Shown here piece by piece: positions 59,460 to 64,000 of a stretch of DNA of 64,000 nucleotides. The notes beneath the pieces were generated by a model. It had not been told where the DNA came from, made no database searches, and saw nothing but the letters and a program-made list of their open reading frames with translations. The position numbers and the translations under genes are program-made. The stretch is from assembly GCA_977016875.1 (NCBI GenBank), contig CDRNST010000287.1, forward strand, positions 124,001 to 188,000, written 5' to 3'. Positions within the stretch are counted from its first letter, which is position 1, and the number at the start of each line of letters is the position of its first letter. Origin of the DNA: Pavona decussata. Lineage: Eukaryota.

Positions 59460-59818
59460 GTTTTTTTCGTTAATTTTTCTTTTAAAATGTTTCTCAAAAT
59501 CGATCTGGATAAGATTTTGATTACTTGACATGGTTAAAATCATGTTACATAGAATATTTTAGGTTCATTGCACAGATCTATCTATGCTTATAATATCCTA
59601 AGAAATTTCAGGGCCACAGGAGTTTTCGTTATAGTTATTGCTGTTGGTGGATGCCTGTAAAATGAGGGTTTAGTGGGCGTAGTCCTGTTGCTATGGTAAC
59701 AGATAGTGTCAACAACAGTGCCAAACAATTTCTCTTAGTGAGTGTTATCACTGGAGGGACTAATGAAAATGTTTCAAATAATGTTAAAAATTTCCCTTTT
59801 TGAAGGTATCATACCACC
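59460..59818 (-). mobile_element. Kolobok-type terminal fragment
   Basis: TTAA (59819-59822)|GGTGGTATGATACC on the minus strand; X-box-like GTTGCTATGGTAAC at ~59687. Confidence 0.45.
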
Positions 59819-61599
59819 TTAAAATCTCATGTCCACATGTGGCATCTCTGGAGGCCTCCTCCTTTGCCATTACTGAGGAAAATGGCGATATTTATCTCTT
59901 TTGAAAAAGCTCAACTTGGTGGTACCATCAAGTGTAAAGGAATGCAGGAGAAAAAAGGTATCACTTTTCTCCAGAGCCAGGAATGATGTTATAAAGTCAT
60001 CCCTAATTATTCTCCAGGCAACAAATGGGAGAGATAAGCCCTCCCAAAGTGAATGAGTTGTGTGCACAGCAAATAGTATTTGTGGTGCCTGAAATGAAGG
60101 ACCCCATGCCTCCAATTCGTCAGGACGCCTTTAAGCTGTGGGTATGTACCTAAATAAATATATAATTGTGTGCACAGACTCCTGAATGTTCACCATTTCA
60201 TTTTCTGTCAGAATGTTACGTCAAAGTTCTACTATCAATATTATGTTTTGAAATTACACTTACAGTCAATCTATATCAATAATGTGACCAGTATTTCAAA
60301 GAATGAAATGAACATGCAGAGTCATCTTTGTAATGTCTGGCATTTGAATGGAGAGTAAACGTTACAGTGTAGAGAGGGGTAACATTCACAGTAATTTACA
60401 TTGTACATTTAAGTTGGGTGGTACTTTCATTCATACCACAGGTTTACTTACTTTGGTTCACATAAGGCAGTAGGTTATATAAACATTAAATGCTAGGAAT
60501 GAACTGTATTAAGCGTCAACATGTAATTTATTTTTAAAGGAAAAGACATCAAACCAAATTTTCAATCTTTGAACATTGTGAGAAGGAGTGAATTAATTGT
60601 GACCTTTCTTTTGCAGTTGAAAAAACAGCCATAGTATTGCTAACCCTATCAAGGGCATGGGGAATAAAGGAAAAGTTTATGGACCTTGTGAGGGTAAGAA
60701 ATTATCCAAATAAAATTATAGTTCAAGTTAAAAGGCCATAATGTGAAAAAATGGCAAGTGTACTATGTGCAGCCTCTCTCAAAATGATTCTATGCTGAGT
60801 AGGACAAGTTAAAAGCTCTTGTAGCATGAATGAACTATGCTCAAAACTGGCCTTCAGGGCAACAATAATCTAAAGGGTATTTCACAGCCTATAAAGCTGG
60901 CAGGATTATTTGGATGAACACGAAGTAGGATTGGTCAAGTGGGGATCAGAAGAGCGTGTTTGTGTGTTATGGACAATTGACTGCCAGCTACACATGCTAC
61001 TCATGCTACCTGTAGGTATTCTATTTATATACTAACAATCAGTATTATTCAAGTATCGTTCTTAATTCCCGTCTGTCAGCTGGTCAGTGATCTGTTTTCA
61101 ACTGGTAGAAATACTTCAAGCCAAACATAGAATGAAAAATGAAACAAAGAAAAGCAAGATAAAGCCAGTTTGACTACAGACAACTGAAGATATGGTGATT
61201 AAGTAAAACAACAACACAGATTCATTCTGCACGCTTGTTTGAAGCATTCAGAATTGCAATATTGAGATCTTATTTGCCAGGACAAAAAAAGTGTGGATCG
61301 AACATCCTTACTGGGAAGGATACAAATTGATACCTTTCCAATAAACAATTCTTTTAACCTTATTTCCCCACTGAAGCGATGTTCTTGTTCTTTTTTGTAG
61401 AATGATACCAACTTTGAGACATTTGAGGCATTTAGGAAAGCATATTTTTTACACATTTTCGATTCATTTATTTTTCCTTTATAAGTTCTACAAGTTTTAT
61501 ATTAATTGTAAATAATGGTACTATTGGTTAGTCTTCGTTTTATCAATTTCGAAAGCACGCTAGATCATATGTTAATGAATTTCGCACTATAGAAATAAA

Positions 61600-61649
<50 letters not shown>
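61600..61649 (+). repeat. (ATT)n microsatellite
   Basis: About 16 tandem ATT units. Confidence 0.95.
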
Positions 61650-61821
61650 GCTGATTGCCATTAAGTGTCTGCAGACTGCGATGGGGATGATGATCAACTC
61701 TTCATCGTGATTGACAATGAAATTGTCATGAAAACTGATGGTTACATGAAAGGCTTGTTTTCTTGTTTTTGGAGCACAGCACTTCTTCAATTTGGAGTTT
61801 TCCCAGAAACTTAAATTATGT

Positions 61822-62014
61822 TTTGAGTTCCTAGAAAATCCATACCCACCCCTTAGAAAGTCATTGAAAATTCCTAGGGGAACAGGGGTCTTTAACAACC
61901 CACAATTTTAGAAGCAAAGTAAAGGCTAAAATGGAATTTCCTGGGGGGGGGGGGGGGGGCAAAACAAAAAAGAACCATCCGTGGGGGAATATGGATATTT
62001 TCTGGAACTACACA
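61822..62014. mobile_element. Palindromic MITE remnant
   Basis: AGTTCCTAGAAAATCCATACCC is roughly the reverse complement of ATGGATATTTTCTGGAACTACACA. Confidence 0.45.
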
Positions 62015-62559
62015 TTAGAGTTTAGCCTTCGGATTTGAGATTGTCCCCTAATAGTTTTTTCCTTTTTATTAACTTTTAATTAACATTGTCGGATCAAAGT
62101 ATAAAACTGCAACACCAGACCACAAGGTTATGTCAGCAGGGTGTCAAGCGAGTCCTATATTTCCTTAAAATCCGAGTTTTCCTACAAAGTCATATAAATT
62201 AAGGAAAAATCCTATACCTCCTATTTTAAGCGGTCTTTCTTAAAGTGTTTGTATGTCCAGTATGCCCTGGAAGCTTTAAACCCGATGCTTCAGATTTATG
62301 CCCTTCTGAGACCACAAGTAGCTCACCACCCTATCTAGAACAGACTGCAAAAAAAAAAAAAGAAAAAAAAAAGAAAAAAGTCTGGGGTGAGTGGGTATAT
62401 CCCACTGGACCTACTTCTGGAGTTCTTTAACAACTTTGTGAAGGCAACCGTAAAGAAGTCTGGTCCAGGTGCTACACGGAAGTCACTTGATAGAATTTGC
62501 CACTCTGATGTCACAAGTGGGCTCATGCATAACTTTGACTATGCCATGTCTGTTTTTTA

Positions 62560-62777
62560 AGAGTTTGGGTAAACATGTCCAGAAATCAGTTAAGGGTGAT
62601 CTTGCAAAGATTGTGAATGAGCTTATCTCTAATAAAGCATTCCATCACACTCCAGACCGAAAGTACCATCACTATGCACAAGTCAAGCCGAGTATTTTAT
62701 GTGGCTTTGACATGCAGAAAATGTTTCACTGGATAGATGATCATAAAAAGTATATTCTACATAGCCGTTATCATTAG
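62560..62777 (+). pseudogene. Academ transposase C-terminal fragment
   Basis: GKHVQKSVKGDLAKIVNEL...AFHHTPDRKYHHY...FDMQKMFHWIDDHK. Confidence 0.6.
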
Positions 62778-64000
62778 TTTTTGTTTTATACTTACATGAA
62801 GGGCTATGTCATAATGATTCCAGGTATAGGTTAAATCTTAGCGCCTTCACCCATACACAAAGACCGTATCCTGTAGAGTTGTAAGATATGAAACAAATTT
62901 CATAAGGGGAGCACTTAAACCACAATAATTCTTGGCATTAAGCATTAAAACAACTATTTAAAGTTTAAATCCATGACTGTCCTTGCCATCTGTTGACAGG
63001 AAAATATGCCATATAGTCTTGAATTAAACAAAAGTGGCCCTTTTAACTTAGAGTTGGTCGATAATATTATTGCTCTCTATTTGATAGTAGTTGCTGACCT
63101 AGTGTAAAAAAATAAAGAATAGTGTATACTTCTATCGTCTTAGTCCAAGGGAGGGGAGCTCCCTTATATGGCTTATATGGAGATGTGCCACTGGACAGGT
63201 TCTGGTTGTTGTCCCCTCTGTCCTAAACAGGGAATTCTCTTACTACATATGTAAGAAGCGCCAAGGATGTTTTTACTTTTAAAAGCTTTTGAAAGTTAAT
63301 TTTTAATTCAATACTGTTTCTACACAGATGAATTTTTAGATCTTATATACCAAATTATTATCACCATTTGTTTTTGTATAGACAGACGATTTATGAATAG
63401 TGATGTTAATTTTTAAATTCTTGTTTTCTGTTTTTGTACCTTCAAGCAAACAAAAGTAATTAATATAATGTAAATTTCCTTTATTGCAAGTGCTAATAAA
63501 TGGCTTTAAACAAGACGGCCTACATTTTGTCCTTTGTCCTAAAAAGGGTCATAAGAGTGATGTTGCTGTCCTAAACAGGGTGTGTATTTTAGGATTTTAT
63601 GTCCTAAACAGGGTCAGGGTTTCAAACCTTCAGCAGCTCACCTATACTTAAATATTGGTCAACCTCCCCCGGGTCTTCACTCCAGGGTACTCCCCTGGTT
63701 TTTGGGCTCTGTTTATCATGCAATTCTGCCAAAAACAATTTTACCACTACTCAAATAAAATTCAATATTAATATTTAAAATTACAGAGGAGAGGTAAGTT
63801 GTTGTGCTACCATGCTAGCAAAATATCTCGACCTCAAAATCTTTCTTGAGAGAGACAAAAAGTATGGGCTACAGTTTTGTTCCTGAGTGCAACAATGCAC
63901 AGGAAAGTGACAAACGTGCCAATTTCTGCCATATTTGTAGGACCACAGTTTGTTTAGATCTGGAGATGTTGCTACCACAGCAACATGCCAGTGTCTTAAC

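Noticed and set aside
59870-61020. Exon-like segments of a further gene
   Set aside because: Splice-like boundaries are present but no recognisable motif or consistent frame could be assigned.
61587-61898. ORF with poly-Ile (similarly the poly-Phe and poly-Lys ORFs at 51676-52063)
   Set aside because: Artefacts of the (ATT)n microsatellite and the LINE poly(A) tail.

Overview
This is AT-rich eukaryotic genomic DNA with spliceosomal GT-AG introns. The repeat families resemble those of cnidarians such as stony corals; that taxonomic call is an inference. The window is a dense, nested transposon graveyard with no clearly intact host gene, and no rRNA, tRNA or CRISPR array. Well-supported elements: an internally deleted AcademH DNA transposon (148-bp TIRs, 9-bp TSD, RecQ fragment) in an intron of an HMGXB3/KDZ-like gene; a full-length Mag-type Gypsy LTR element (tRNA-Leu PBS, AAAAC TSD, one nonsense mutation) in the end of a KolX-bearing Kolobok; a 5'-truncated Tx1/L1 LINE with uninterrupted ORF2, poly(A) and 15-bp TSD; Penelope, DIRS, Harbinger, Academ and P-like remnants; and several MITEs. 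The most interesting system is two diverged copies of a Kolobok-type (TTAA) transposon family. Its spliced transposase carries an N-terminal methyl-CpG-binding-domain (MBD)-like module and a C-terminal zinc knuckle, faces a convergent accessory gene, and has a promoter whose motifs are conserved between copies. The second copy is broken by a ~7.6-kb inversion (38063-45652) that can be reconstructed to the base from two reciprocal in-exon junctions. All protein family calls come from motifs recognised by eye, not from database searches.
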